Of a stretch of 64,000 nucleotides of DNA, positions 51,661 through 64,000 are shown in pieces (within the stretch, counting starts at the first letter, position 1; the number at the start of each line of letters is the position of its first letter). Where the stretch lies: the NCBI GenBank assembly GCA_000091205.1, contig AP006493.2; one strand, given 5' to 3'. Source of the stretch: Cyanidioschyzon merolae. Lineage: Eukaryota. Made by a program: the position numbers and the translations under genes. Below the pieces are notes generated by a model, which saw nothing but the letters and a program-made list of their open reading frames with translations, was not told the DNA's origin and ran no database searches.

Positions 51661-53809
51661 AAACGGTCGGTGCGTCAACGCATCGAGGCGGGGTGACGCT
51701 GGCGCGCCGTGCCGACTCACGTCATCTAGGGGCGATTCGCAAGCATGAGACTGACTCCCTCAGAGGCAGCGTGTGGAGGCGATGAGGTTAACCTGCCCTG
51801 GCGTCCGCGAAGGTCACGTTGTTCTCTCGAACCCCGATGGGATGAGCGATCCCGTACCGCAGAAAAGGGCTAGGTATTTCTCGTTGCAGCAGAGCCGCTT
51901 GATGAGCGGTGAAATCCACAAGCAGGGTGCGCGTCGGACACGGGGAGAGACGGTGAGGGAAACGCTCCCGAGTGTTTTCGGGAGACGCACTGATACGCGA
52001 TCCTTCGATGCTTGAGCAGCGACAGTGAAACCTGGTGGGAATTGCGTTTTCCAGATACAGCATCTGTCAGCAGCATGGCACCTGCAAAGCATGTGTGCGT
52101 TTTCTCTGCTTCTGGTGGAGATCGCATTACGCGACGCGTCCCATACGCCGCACCATTGCCGATGCGTGCTGATGCGTTGACGTGCTGCGTGCCGGCGCGT
52201 GACGCATGTTGACTTTCCCGCCTAACTGAGCGTTCCTCTCAGGAATGCTGCTGTGAAGATGAAGAACGGTGTCTCAGTGATGTCTTGTTCCCTTGATGAT
52301 AGTGGCTCAGACGGGGCGCTGCGGCAGTCGATACGGAGAGGGGCGTCCCCGTCTAGGAACGGCAAGCGTCCGATGACCCGTTTCTGTGCAGTCATAGAAA
52401 GTCATGGAAAATTCGTATCATTTACCAGTTCCCGTGAAAATCGTTGACACTACACAGACACAGCGTTTCATCTTTGCGTAATTGCTAAACTTTCTGTAAC
52501 TGTGCCTTGTTCTCTGCGGCAATTTTTTTAAATTGACAAAACGTTTACATCGGCCAGCGTTCTCCGATTATGCGCGTTTTCCTTTCTTTTTGGGGTTTTT
52601 CAGTGCGCGGCAAAGTATCCATCAAACTCCCTACTTCCAAGTTACATAACCTATGCTTCTTCTGGGATATTCTGGTCATTCCATACGTTCTATCGTGTGT
52701 GCCTACTGCCTGCCGAAAGCGACAGCAATGGCGCCTGTAGCGCCGGTGCGGTCGCTGCACGGAGACAGAACGGCGTTGCCGTACCACACAGAGAGGGCAT
52801 CGGCTCGCGGTTCTGTCCGGGAATGCAATGCCGTGTGTGTCGCGGTCACTGATTCCCTTTCATTGCAAGTCTTTGGTACTTCGGCACAACGCTCACGCTG
52901 AGAATTAGACGATGCTCTGGAAAGCTGACTCGATTCGTAGCCGCTGAACGCTCGGGGCCACGAGAATCTACCAGATGTCAATTGAGACGTTCGCGTTTCA
53001 GTGCGGAACGTGCATGCGCGCAATATCGTGGACGCAATCACACGACAGCAGGCCGCTCGCCCCCGGTGGCGTCGCCAGTCGACGTTCGGTCAGCTTGTCG
53101 TACACCATCGCATACATCAGAATCTGTTTCACGCAATTGTTCTCTATGTGTTTCAGCGCGCATCCGTGCTCGTGATTCGTACATGTAAAATTGAACTCTT
53201 CCATGGGCATTTCACAGTGTTTATTTACGTCTTTCGTGGGACGCTGTCGCTGGAGAACGCTTGCAGCTTGTGCGCAACACAGCAGCACGCGCACCCGCCG
53301 TTGGCTACCACCCATCGCAGCGAACGATTCGTCATTTCCTTTTTTGCAACTCCTTGAACAAGCTGTAGAGTCCAAGCTTCCCGCCTCTGTATGAACAGAA
53401 CTATTGGCGGCGCCAGCGCGGTCTCATGCGCTCTCTGGGGCATCGCATCGTGTGCATAAGTACTCGCGTTTCTGGGACAACTAGCTGAGGCAAGAACGCC
53501 CACAGAAAGCGCGCCAAGAAGCACTCGCCATTTGCCCACACGGTCTCGCTCGTTGGGGCTGGTTTGAAATTTTTCTGGGCATCGTAGCTGTAGATACCCG
53601 AATCACTGACGTGCCGCGGAGACTCGTCCCCGGATTCTAAGAGGCGTCTGTGCACACCTCCGATCCAACGATTAGGCCGAAGTGCATCTTCGGCATCGGA
53701 CATTTGTTGTATTGCCGCTTACAGATTGGATTGAATCGTTTCAATGGAAAGTGGACAAATGGTAGCCCTGCGTCGGTGACTCCTATAAACGGGTGCTCGA
53801 CGAGATGCG

Positions 53810-54539
53810 TCAAAGCGAGAAAAGGGTGGCGAAGGTATACAACGACTCGTCTGAGAACAGTTTGAAAAACAGCTTCTGTGACCGGGATTCGAACAACTTC
53901 TCCATGCATCCGCGAACGTTAAAATCGAGTTCGACTACAGAGAAGATGCGTTCTACTGGATGAAACCAGTGAGCATAGGCTGACACGAGGAACAGCTCAA
54001 CGCCAACCTCAGTTGCGTAGACTTGTTCCTGAGCCTTTGCGTTGCAGAAAGCAGCTCTGTCTAAGAGCAGGCCAGAAGAATGAGATAAGGAGAAGTCACC
54101 GTGACTGCAGCGATGAGGCATGAGCTGTTGAACGACCGTGTCGATTTGGCGATTTCGAGCCAGCTCCAAGATTCAATTGCCGCGAGTGGTGGTGTCTTTC
54201 GGAATACTCGCTGATCTCTTCTCTCCGAATAAAAATTCGCCCATCGTTGAGTATCCATATGCAGGTCTAGCATTTCTCCTCAACAAAATCTCATCCAGTG
54301 CGACAAACACCTAGCTCTCGTGTAATGAGCGTTCGCATGGCAGTATGGAATCCATTGGTCGTTGGTCAGCGAACATCTATCTGTCAATGAAGCACACGGT
54401 TTTCTTTGACCATCCAATGCTCTTCATCGTCGTTCGAATCAAAGGCACGGAAACTTCACATCCCGTCACGTCTTTGATAGTACTTCATAGGAAACGTATG
54501 GAGTGGAATGGATTACCCAGGAGACAGTCGTGGAGATAG
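53810..54539 (-). mobile_element. decayed DDE transposase element (Tc1/IS630-like), copy 2: C-terminal block at 53810-54169 plus upstream segment at 54345-54539
   Basis: 'LLLDRAAFCNAKAQEQVYATEVGVELFLVSAYAHWFHPVERIFSVVE' is paralogous to copy 1 ('LLLDKVAFHSAKAGKAYADKSGVEVLFVRAYSSWLNPVEGELSVAK') and resembles the Tc1/IS630 C-terminal block (FLPPYSPDLNPIE). 54345-54539 is nucleotide-similar to copy 3 (37131-37320). Reading frames are broken. Confidence 0.55.
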
Positions 54540-55431
54540 ACGATGATGAATTTTGTTCAGGGTGCACTAGGTTCCGGGAAAAGACTACGAATCAGTGATT
54601 CATGAAAATACTGACCGTCGACAGACTGACCGACAGATTACGCTATGATTTCCATTGCATTGAGGACAACATCAAGTATTTCCGCCATGGTACGCGAATC
54701 TAAAGAAGGTATTCCTTTGATGGAATACAAGCGAGAAAAACAAACAATACCAAAATGGGACTACTGGCGCAAATATTCCAAGATATGCTGCTCTGCCTAG
54801 AACGGTTTCGCGTCACCATTATTCCCGGGGAGGCAATTATTGTTGCACCACGCGTACGCGACAGGCACATCTCGACCTGCTCGTTGACGCTGTCTCATGC
54901 ACGGCTACGGCTCAATGCAAGCCTCGCTGGATCCTGATTAGTGAGTCGGAGCATGTACTGCTTGCGATATGAAGCGTGCTCCAAGGAATTTGGACGACAG
55001 GGTTATAATGTTCGCCATGAACATCTCTATTTTTCCTCGGTTACCTATAAGCAGCGTATACTTTGGCTGATCGCGTCCGCTACTGGTAAACGCACGAAGA
55101 AAAGCCAGCGTTCTTTACGATCGCGGGTGCGCCAGCGCTGTGCGACCCGTGCGCGCGCTCGAGGAACGCGCTGCAGTGCGATGGCTTTGCTTATGCATGT
55201 TGAGGCTGCTCTACCAACGCCACTGTTTCGCACGCTTATACAGCAGAAAGCGGTACTGAAAGTGGAATCGTGCTCTCTAATCAATTCGAGGCTCCACTTT
55301 CAGTGTAATCATACATAGGGAAACGTTCGCTGTATCTTGACTCGTGTCAGGTCGAAGCGTCTGTCCGTTCGAGTTGCGACTCCGGATAACAGCGCGCTAT
55401 AGCCACGCGAGTAGCCGCTGTTTCCGCTGAA

Positions 55432-55950
55432 ATGTCCTCGCTGGCTTTGACACGTCTACAGCAGGAGCGGAAGAACTGGCGCAAAGATCGACCATTTGGT
55501 TTCTCGGCGAAACCTGTCGTCACGGAGAACGGCCAACTGAACCTGCTCCACTGGTCGTGCACGATCCCGGGGCCTGCTGGGACGCCTTACGAAGGCGGAC
55601 TCTTCCGACTCGATATGTTCTTTCCACCGGAATATCCAGGAAAGCCGCCCTTGTGCAAGTTCATTCCACCGCTTTTCCACCCGAACGTGTTCCCCTCTGG
55701 TACAGTTTGTTTGTCGATCCTGAACGAGCAAAAGGGCTGGAGACCTTCGATTTCCGTGAAAGCGATTCTGCTGGGGATTTACGAGTTGCTCAAGGAGCCG
55801 AACCCTGCAGACCCCGCCGCTGAGGAGCCGTACAAGTTATTCGTGCGTAACAGAGCGGGTTTTGATGCCCGAGTCCGTCAAGAGGTGGCTCGCTTGAACG
55901 TTCTCGCGGACGCCCAAGTATGCATAGCAGAGAAGCCCGCTGCCCCGTAA
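55432..55950 (+). CDS. UBC9: SUMO-conjugating enzyme UBC9 (E2)
   Basis: '[23 protein letters not shown]', '[92 protein letters not shown]' is near-collinear with human UBC9, including active-site Cys in 'GTVCLSIL' and the 'HPN' motif. Confidence 0.9.
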   Translation: MSSLALTRLQQERKNWRKDRPFGFSAKPVVTENGQLNLLHWSCTIPGPAGTPYEGGLFRLDMFFPPEYPGKPPLCKFIPPLFHPNVFPSGTVCLSILNEQKGWRPSISVKAILLGIYELLKEPNPADPAAEEPYKLFVRNRAGFDARVRQEVARLNVLADAQVCIAEKPAAP

Positions 55951-57930
55951 ATGCGTGGCTATGTTCACTGCATAGCACGGCACTGTGCAAGCAAATTTGC
56001 TCTACCACAAGCGACATTCGTGCACGTCTATTCTGAATACATCCGCCGATAATTTACGAGACTGACTGCGCTGGTCGTTGTCTTGGGCGCACGCGCTCCA
56101 TAGTCGTAGACTCTAACGGAACGGCATGCTCTGGCATCCGCACGATGTTCGAAGGCGCGAACGTTCAGGTGACGCGACGTTGTTTCATGGGCGTGTCTCT
56201 GGGATAGCCATGGATCGCTTCATATAGCATGACAAGTCGTTGTGTGCTGCTGCCGCGGTGCGACGGGAGAGCAGCCCCATGCAGCGCACGGCAGAGCGAA
56301 CTTCGCATGCGACTCCCCGCCGGGTCATCGGCAGCGCTGGCGCATCCAGAGGTATCTGTTGATATTCCTGGATTTTACAGGAGTAAGCGATTGACGAAAT
56401 AGAGTCTCTTCGCTGATCAATGGAAACGCTCGCGCATCCATGGGCATCTGGTCTGCTTCATCGATTCTTCATTATAGGCATGTCAGACAAGAATGGAACG
56501 GGCAGCTTTGCTGACTCGGGCGAAGAACGTAAAGTAACGGTCTCTTCCGATCGTGATGAATATAGGCCTTTTGTGGGATTTCTCTGCGACGGATAACCTG
56601 TCCGTACGCTAAACCTCCAGCATAAAATATGCGAATATCTGTTCTGCCTTCATCTCCATCTTCGCAAGCAGATGAATACTGATGGCAGCGTTCGTGTCCC
56701 GATTGCGCCGCTTCCCGCCTTTGTCGACGCTATTCATGCAGAGGCGCAAGTTGCGATCCGAGCTTCGCTTGCAATTTTCACTGTCTTTCTGTGCAGCCTC
56801 CAGACGCACTTCGCAGCGTTCATACACGAATGCAGACAGATGTGCCAGCGAGTGTCCACAGCAGCTCCTCGTCTGGCGGTCGGTCTTCCTTGGATGACCG
56901 TTTGAATCATCGCTCGGTACCAGCCATTGGCGGTTGCAGGAGGCATCCTGCGATACGCTGCTCCAAATCCGTGTCCGGTGCGGTGCACGACCAGTGAGGG
57001 TTGCTTCCGACTGGTCTAACCCCGATAAGCACACCGCTCCATTCCACAGAGGATATATGGAACGCCTCGTGCTCCACGGGGAAACGTGCAGCTGGAGCGA
57101 AATCTACGACGGAGAACACTTGGAGAGATTTCGCTTCGCCTCACTCATTCTTGTACAAACCGGTGATGCAGTTTTCACTCGAAGGAATCTCTGCGATGAC
57201 TGAAGACAGAGCCCAGCACTCTTGTCCATGCGAATACAAGCGACGGGAGCCTCTGCGAGCTAATGACGTGAGAGCTACGAGTGTACTGTCGAATTACGAA
57301 CCCTCGTCGACGGCTGCAAAGCCTGGAGCATACGTCGTTCGAGCGGAATCGAGCATCGGACGTGAAGAGTTCAGTGTGGCTTCCGCACACGCTCGGGAAC
57401 AAATCGTCAACGCGCGACATCGCGTACGTTACCTCAGCAGTCCAGCAGCGCGAATAGCTGCGCCCCAGTCCACTCTTGCATCCGAAAAATCGAACACATG
57501 AACCGTGCGCGATGTGCGGACACCTCGCCAACGGAAAGCAGAAGCGTCGAGGCTCGTACCTCTGAGTCACGTAATGATCTCACTTGTTGTACGAACCGTT
57601 GTTTGAGTGCGTCTCGTACGCCTTTGATTCCGATACCGTTGCGAGTTCCAGCGCCGATGCGTCGAAAGAGCCACGCTGATCAAGAGACACCCGAGAATCC
57701 CAAAACGAATCATGAAACCGGAATCCATGAATCCCGCACACGCAACGTCGAATCTATACACCTATGAAAATGGTTCGGAAAATACATCGAAGTCGAGGAA
57801 GAATGGAAGCGGTTCAGTGTTCCATGTTGATTCAACACTTGTATACAAGACCTGAACTGGATCTGAGGTCTTGGACAATCGCTAGGGCTCATCGCCTCGC
57901 CGCGGCCGACGACCGTGCTTCATCCCGCAG

Positions 57931-59073
57931 TTGCTTCTTCTCCTTCGGGAGAGAGGCTTGCCTTCACCGCACAAGTGGCACGTTCTATTTTCGCAGCGCT
58001 CCGCTTGGATCAAGTGCATCGATTTTTCTGTGAGTGTAACGCTCACGTTCATGGCCGGTTTCGTGTACCGCTCACCTGGTGGCGTCGTGGCGTTCGTAAA
58101 CCTCCCAGGGCGAACAGGCGCCGTCGTTCGACCTGTGCCGCGTTGGGGGCTCGCTTCTCGTAGCGCACCCTTTCCACGTGTGCGACTACGATACGCATGC
58201 CACGACACGAGACGCCGAAGACAAGTTCTAGCAGCGACGGAACTGCTGCCCCGCGACAAGGTTCTCAAGACGTTGCAAACCGTTCAAGTTGCCGAGGAGG
58301 TCGCGGTGCGGCTCGTAGACTTGGCGATAAAGGCCACGAAGAACTATCAGGTTGTCGCCACTGACTTCTTTTTGCGTCCAAACGAGCTCCATGGTATGAA
58401 ACAAGCGTTGGAAAGTCTCGCATTTGTAGGTGTGACCTCGTCTGGCGGCTATGCAGCAGCAGAGCGGCAAATTGCAGCTTTTTATCCCAAGGATTTCGCG
58501 CCAACACCTGAACAAGAACAGCAAGTAGCAACTACGCACTGCGAAAGTCAGCTACTGGCTCTTGAACTCGCCGGAAACTTCATTTTCGATCGAGCGAGCC
58601 ACAGCGACTTTCTCGGTGCCCTGATAGGATGCTCTGGACTTCGCCGAGAGCGCTTCGGTGACATCATCATTCTTGGCGATCGAGGTGCCCAGGTGGTAGT
58701 CCTCAAGAATGATGCCGAAACCATCCGGAGCTCCGTCAAGATGGTGCGGTCTGTAACGGTTCGTACTCGGCAACTGGGAAGCCTTGCGGAGCTAGAGGTG
58801 CAACCACCGCGAACCAAGACGCTTACGAGTGTGGAGGCCTCGCTGCGTCTGGATGCAGTTGGAAGTGCGGGCTTTGGAATGAGCCGCACGAAGATGGTAG
58901 AAATGATCAAAAACGGGGATGTGCACGTGAACTGGGTCCCTGTCAAGTCTGCGTCCCGGAATGTCGCTGAAGGTGACACGATCACCGCACGAGGGCGTGG
59001 TCGCCTACAAGTCATCTCCATTGCCATTACCTCACGAGGTCGCTTCCGTGTGGAATTAAAACGCTACATATGA
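57931..59073 (+). CDS. YlmH-like S4-domain RNA-binding protein (cyanobacterial/plastid type), presequence-bearing
   Basis: N-terminal ~110 aa Arg/Ser-rich leader. 'ATDFFLRPNELHGMKQALESLAFVGVTSSGGYAAAERQIAAFYP' (YlmH N-domain-like) and C-terminal S4 fold 'GFGMSRTKMVEMIKNGDVHVNWVPVKSASRNVAEGDTITARGRGRLQVISI'. Confidence 0.55.
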   Translation: MLLLLRERGLPSPHKWHVLFSQRSAWIKCIDFSVSVTLTFMAGFVYRSPGGVVAFVNLPGRTGAVVRPVPRWGLASRSAPFPRVRLRYACHDTRRRRQVLAATELLPRDKVLKTLQTVQVAEEVAVRLVDLAIKATKNYQVVATDFFLRPNELHGMKQALESLAFVGVTSSGGYAAAERQIAAFYPKDFAPTPEQEQQVATTHCESQLLALELAGNFIFDRASHSDFLGALIGCSGLRRERFGDIIILGDRGAQVVVLKNDAETIRSSVKMVRSVTVRTRQLGSLAELEVQPPRTKTLTSVEASLRLDAVGSAGFGMSRTKMVEMIKNGDVHVNWVPVKSASRNVAEGDTITARGRGRLQVISIAITSRGRFRVELKRYI

Positions 59074-59806
59074 GTCGCAGAGACCGATGAAGCCCAAGCG
59101 AATGATGCTGCGCGTTCGATGTCATCAGGTGCTGGTTTAGCAAATGCGCAAACTCCAGTGGATACCGTTGTCTTTCACATTCATGACTACCGTTGGTACA
59201 TGCTCTTGTTTCTGTGTTTGCACCTTCGACGGGAAAGCCGCGGAGGCATCACGGAGCTATCAGGCTGGCATGGAGAGATTCTTGTCTCTTTGCCAGACAC
59301 TGGAAGCGAGTGCGAGCTTTCGCTGGACCCATGATTAACGCGCTGCACCGTGTGGTGCGGTCACCGACGCGTCACCTGAGCAGCGCTTTCGGGTACGGGA
59401 GCGTCTCTGCAGACCGCGCTCCACACGCCGCACCGCAGCCGAGTTCCCGGTACGTAACGCGCAAGACTCGGCGCGTCACGCGAAACCAGCCACGTCATAT
59501 GAACATGGCGCATGCTGGCACTTACCAGCATTGGAGTTTCCGAATCATGTACTTTGTGCTGAGACGCAGTCTCTTTCATTGCGAGCACCCTGCCCTGAAC
59601 TGCTACTCACTGTTATCGACAGGCTGCGGCAAGCAGAGGCCTGCACCATGGCTGCTGCGATCGCCGGATGGGCGCTTTTATTCAGGTTGCTGTACTTGCG
59701 TTTGTGGACAAAAGATCTGTACTTTCTTATGAGCTGGTAGCGTACAAAAGGTCCTGTTTTTCAGATATACGGCAAACGTTCTACGAGCAAGTCTGTACCG
59801 CCACCG

Positions 59807-61441
59807 TTGCCCAGTTGTGTGCTGTTGAAACGCATCGCTCAGTGTAAAGGGGTCGTTTATGAGCGAGACACGAACGTTGCCCGCACGATGAACGTACCGG
59901 CGTTTGCCTGGAGTACCTTGCTTCCACCGGAACCAGAGGTTGACCCCCAGCTCTACGATGACTTGGTATCTATATGGTGTCAGGCGCTCGTAGAGGCGAG
60001 TCTAGTTCCAGAATGCGAGCTCGTTGCAAGTGCATCAGCGCTCTTTCGACGAGTCGCGTCTCGGAGCAGCGACGCAGGAGGGAACTCCAGACGACCCGCG
60101 CCTGCGTGTGCACCACAGATTCTTTCAGCACTGGTTTCCAAGGGCAAGTGCTTTTTTATGCCGAGAACGTGGCCTGAGGACGTACTGCGCACTGCGCTTG
60201 CGGGGGGTCCACTCTTTGAGCCACCCGTGCAGCTCGGAGAGGCGCCAGCGAACGCGCTCAATGCCCGTCAGCCTGCCGCTGGGCGTTTCAGCGGAGTACC
60301 CCGTTTATGGCGTCGACTGCGAACCAGGAAACAGGATGCTCTTGTTCAAGCGTTTCCCACGGCATCCATCGAGCCCGAGCAAATGTTATCGGAAACATAT
60401 CGCATCGTCATGGTAGACGCATTGGCGTCTCGATGCAAAGACGTTTGTGCCCGCCTCGAAGAGGATCGAGAACGAAATCCGCGAGGACTCTATATTCTGG
60501 ATGAGTTTTGCGACCGGTTCTGCGGCAGATTCGTAGAGGATGCTCTGGCCGTGCTCATCGCGCTATCGGTTCAGGGATCGGGGCGACTCTGTGCAGTGCG
60601 GTACGCCACCGATCCACCGGTTATCGGGTTCCAGTATCGTGCAAGGTCGATCTCCGAGACAGATCGCAGCATTTTGGCCCTTGATGCAGTGCGTTCGAAG
60701 CTAGCCAAGCGCTCTAATGCCTGGAAACGAGTTGCTGTAGAGAGCGAGGCCCAGGCGCGAGATATTTTGGCGGGGTTCCGCGGTCGACTGACAGCGAACG
60801 CTATAGGCGACGGTGCCGCTGGGCACGTAATCGTTACCCGCTCGCTGGCGCATGCACGTGAGCGAGCGGCGCCTCATGTGCGACGTAAGCTCCTCGCAGA
60901 GCATCGCATACGACAACTACAAGCCGCAATAGAGCAATTGGAACGAACGATCTGGGCCATGGAGCAGGCACAGGATAACGCGAACGTCAGTCGCGCGTTG
61001 GGCCATGGCGTGCGTCACGTGAAATCCATCCAAGAGCGGGACACTTCGGTGGATACGCTCTCGGGAACGCTGGACGATTTGGCGGAGGTTTTGGAAACCA
61101 ACGCTGACTTTACGCAGGCTGTATTGGATGAAGCGCAGCTCGAAGGCCTTGACAGAGACAATGACGATGAGCTCGACAAACAGCTAGCGCATCTACTGGA
61201 CGCATCTGGTGAAACTCGGGTATCCGAGCAGAAACAGCTGAAAGAGGTAGGCACTCGGAGTCTTTCCATGCGATGTGCTGCTCGGGAAGCGCCTGCGGGA
61301 GCTGACGCTCGACCGCCTCTCGAGAAGATGCGATCGACCGGGCCAGAATCACCGCGACGTGAATTGCGTCCAACAATGACAGAGGATGAACAAGTCGAGG
61401 ATCTGGAAGGCACGCTTCGAAGTGTAGATCTCTCTCAATAA
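59807..61441 (+). CDS. Snf7-domain (ESCRT-III-like) protein with long N-terminal domain, CHMP7-like architecture
   Basis: C-terminal half 'RKLLAEHRIRQLQAAIEQLERTIWAMEQAQDNANVSRALGHGVRHVKSIQERDTSVDTLSGTLDDLAEVLETNADFTQAVLDE' fits the Snf7 helical hairpin/alpha3-4 pattern, followed by an acidic tail. The ~300-aa N-terminal region is unassigned. Domain order resembles CHMP7 but this is tentative. Confidence 0.35.
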   Translation: MPSCVLLKRIAQCKGVVYERDTNVARTMNVPAFAWSTLLPPEPEVDPQLYDDLVSIWCQALVEASLVPECELVASASALFRRVASRSSDAGGNSRRPAPACAPQILSALVSKGKCFFMPRTWPEDVLRTALAGGPLFEPPVQLGEAPANALNARQPAAGRFSGVPRLWRRLRTRKQDALVQAFPTASIEPEQMLSETYRIVMVDALASRCKDVCARLEEDRERNPRGLYILDEFCDRFCGRFVEDALAVLIALSVQGSGRLCAVRYATDPPVIGFQYRARSISETDRSILALDAVRSKLAKRSNAWKRVAVESEAQARDILAGFRGRLTANAIGDGAAGHVIVTRSLAHARERAAPHVRRKLLAEHRIRQLQAAIEQLERTIWAMEQAQDNANVSRALGHGVRHVKSIQERDTSVDTLSGTLDDLAEVLETNADFTQAVLDEAQLEGLDRDNDDELDKQLAHLLDASGETRVSEQKQLKEVGTRSLSMRCAAREAPAGADARPPLEKMRSTGPESPRRELRPTMTEDEQVEDLEGTLRSVDLSQ

Positions 61442-62510
61442 ACGCGTTGTCGGTGGACATGCCGCACCGGACGCTCGGGCTGGCACCGATGGTGATCGGC
61501 GAAGCGCACCTGCTCATCGACGATGTCGAGATATATGTTGAGTGAATGCGCTACCCGGAACGAAAGAGCAGGAACATAGAGGCTGTGCTCTGGGTTACAC
61601 TACGCGAGCGGCAAGCGCGAATGGGTCTCTCTGGCGTCATTGATCCTGGAAAAGTTGAACGTTTACAGCGGTATTCCGAGATTCATCCTGACCAGAGTTT
61701 GTCTCGCTTCAACTGCGAGTTATTTTCGCGCGGTTGTTTCGAAATAGGAGGTTCGCGTGCATGCACCTATGTCCTTCACGATGCACTCGAAATGGCCCAG
61801 CGGATCGATCACTCGAACCAATTGCTCTGCATTCCGATACATATACCCTTTACAGCACATACCTGAGATGGAATGCTAGGTACTGGAAGCCGTGCGGAGG
61901 CATCCGACGCACCTGCCCTGTAAACTTATGTCCATCACCGAGATTTCGTTCTCCCAAATCGGATTCCGGTCGGTTATGTGCTTGGATCTGTCGTCAGGGA
62001 CGGCAATCTCGGCTCGTGCTCTGCGGCAGAACGTGCACGAAGGGGTCTGCCGAAAGCAGCCCACTCGCGATGAACGAAGCACACGTCCATACATTCGAAG
62101 CGTGCGTTCAAGTGAACGTTGCATCGTAGCGCCATCGTCCCGCTGGTGTCTACATGAGCGCACCTTGCACACGCGTTTGCAACCTGCAAAGCGTGCCAGC
62201 AGTTCCCGGTATCGCCCGGAAAGCTACCGCACACGCGCGCCTTCTCACCGCATATGAAGCGTGGCGCCCTTGCGAGGCATCGGGGCGAGGTCCAGAAGCG
62301 TCGCCAGGATCCGGGTGCGCCTCGCGTTCGCGGGCCATCCGTCGTAGCTTCGAGTCGACTCCGGCCAACTACCTGCGTATGGTAGCAGGTCTGATGTGAG
62401 CTTGCCCGTCGTAGACCTCTTCTTCGTTCAATTTTCTGTGAAACATCAGATAACAGGCTGTTTTTTTCGTGCTCCCGGTTTCGAAATAATCGAACACCAT
62501 AGCTCGTTAT

Positions 62511-63623
62511 CTAGGCATACTCGATCCGCCATACGCCTAGAAAATACCGTACTCTCATCCGCAAAATATCTAGCGCCATATTGACGATCGCCCGCACCAC
62601 ACGCACTTTGCTCCCGGGAATTTCGGTCCAGTTGACCCCAACTTCAGCGATCGGTATCCGCAGGCGTTGCGCGAGATACAGCAGCTCAACATCGAATGCC
62701 CATCGTTTCAGGTGCTGTGTCAGAAAAAGCGTTCGCGCTGACTCTCTCGCAAACAATTTAAACCCACATTGCGTGTCACGAATATCGTGAACCCCGCCCA
62801 AGTACTTGACGAGCAAGTTAAAGCCCTTGCCGAGCAGTTTCCGACGCCAGTCGCGCAACGCATGGATCTGGGGCACCGATCCACCACCAGCGCTCGACTC
62901 CGCACGTTCACTGGAGGATGCGTTGCTTGCGCCCAGTGGCGACACATATCGACTACCGACGACGACCGCGCCGAGCTCGTGATCCCAGTCGGCAATGTCG
63001 TGCATCTTCCGTTCCAGGTATTCGAAATCCCTGAAACGCGTTGCACCGTCCGCATCCGCCATCAAGAGCAGTTTCCCACGCGCAACCAGCATGCCCTCTT
63101 TCACTGCAGCGCCCTTGCCCGAGTTCTGTGGAAGGACAAGGACACGCACTTTATCGCTTCCGTATCGATCAGTGAACCGGTGTGCGAGGCGAACCGTCGC
63201 GTCCCTGCTACCATCATCGACGATGATCAGCTCATAGGTGAAGGGATCAGGGCTGTAGCCAGTGGTGTCCGTGGACCGCCTCTCCAGGTACTGCAGGGCC
63301 TCCTGCAGCGTGTGCTCCAGACGCGCTTCCTCGTTATACGCTGGTATAATCACGCTCAGGTACACTGAGGCAGGTTCGAAGATCGTCGGAAAAGACGATT
63401 TTTTCTCTTTTCCCGCCTTGGGATCGTAGAAAAACTTTCCAGAACCGCGTGCGGCTCGTGCCGCTGTTTTGAAGCGAATCGCTGCTCTGGACAGCGGCCG
63501 CGGCCGTAGCGCCGTTGCGAGAAGGCCCCAGCCCACCGCAACCATGACCGCAGCAACCACCACAGAGAAAAAAGTCATCGGCGGGAACGGCGTCCACGAC
63601 CATATCACGCTGACGTGAAGCAT
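62511..63623 (-). CDS. ALG5: dolichyl-phosphate beta-glucosyltransferase ALG5 (GT2)
   Basis: N-terminal TM, then 'LSVIIPAYNEEARLEHTLQEALQYLERR..YELIIVDDGSRDAT..YGSDKVRVLVLPQNSGKGAAVKEGMLVARGKLLLMADADGATRF..IRDTQCGFKLFARESARTLF..RWAFDVELLYLAQRLRIPIAEVGVNWTEIPGSK' is collinear with human ALG5. Confidence 0.9.
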   Translation of the reverse strand: MLHVSVIWSWTPFPPMTFFSVVVAAVMVAVGWGLLATALRPRPLSRAAIRFKTAARAARGSGKFFYDPKAGKEKKSSFPTIFEPASVYLSVIIPAYNEEARLEHTLQEALQYLERRSTDTTGYSPDPFTYELIIVDDGSRDATVRLAHRFTDRYGSDKVRVLVLPQNSGKGAAVKEGMLVARGKLLLMADADGATRFRDFEYLERKMHDIADWDHELGAVVVGSRYVSPLGASNASSSERAESSAGGGSVPQIHALRDWRRKLLGKGFNLLVKYLGGVHDIRDTQCGFKLFARESARTLFLTQHLKRWAFDVELLYLAQRLRIPIAEVGVNWTEIPGSKVRVVRAIVNMALDILRMRVRYFLGVWRIEYA

Positions 63624-64000
63624 AGCGAAAAGAGCGCACCCGGAACGCTCAACAGCACCACGCCCACTCCACCACGTCTCGCGCTGTGTCCAGTCGGAAG
63701 GTGCTTATTCTGGCAGATGCCGCGGATTTCAGCACTGCTGATCTCTGGCGAGGCGGGAGTAACGCGCGCGCTGTTGCCAGCTGCCGCCAGCAGCACCATC
63801 GAGGCGCGATCTTTCAGTGTATGCCCGGCGATTGACAAACGCCGCGCCGTTTTCTTTCGATGACAAAACGTTTAGTTGGACCATGGATCCCTGATTGCGG
63901 GGTGGATAATTGTTTTCGGGAACTCGTCGACCACGATGCACCCTACATTCAATTTCCATTACTTGTATTTCCTTTTTCCGATGTATTCGTGGTTTTGTAG

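Noticed and set aside
51346-51720. 124-aa minus-strand ORF with a poly-Arg tract (RRRRRRRWRRRWRR)
   Set aside because: Artefact of translating the GCC microsatellite.
1-64000. CRISPR arrays, rRNA genes, prokaryotic operon structure
   Set aside because: None seen. The gene content (Sec61, UBC9, SRPK, EED, ALG5) and layout are eukaryotic, and the only regular repeats are short microsatellites and two-copy direct repeats.

Overview
This window reads as nuclear DNA from a GC-rich (~55-60% by eye), intron-poor photosynthetic eukaryote. Most genes are single long ORFs, about one per 2-2.5 kb, on both strands. Eukaryotic housekeeping genes present: EED/ESC/FIE-type PRC2 WD40 subunit, SRPK-family kinase, Sec61 alpha, UBC9 (SUMO E2), ALG5, YIF1, tandem-CrcB fluoride exporter (FEX), iPGM, mitochondrial ATP synthase subunit d, a SUN-domain protein, a Snf7-domain protein. 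Interspersed are bacterial/cyanobacterial-type genes with N-terminal presequences: Psb27 with an RR (Tat) lumen-targeting motif, EF-P, RsuA-family pseudouridine synthase, YlmH-like S4 protein, a bacterial-PH-domain membrane protein, a TPR protein, and a bacterial-type QueC (7-cyano-7-deazaguanine synthase). This gene set and architecture fit a unicellular red alga of the Cyanidioschyzon type; that attribution is inference only. The three ORF-poor stretches (about 8.9-14.5 kb, 34-39.5 kb, 51.4-55.4 kb) each hold a decayed copy of one DDE (Tc1/IS630-like) transposase repeat family. Short direct repeats and microsatellites are also present. No rRNA or CRISPR was seen, and tRNAs could not be reliably called by eye. 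The most unusual item is the lone bacterial-type queC with a long N-terminal extension; eukaryotes normally salvage queuine rather than make deazaguanines.
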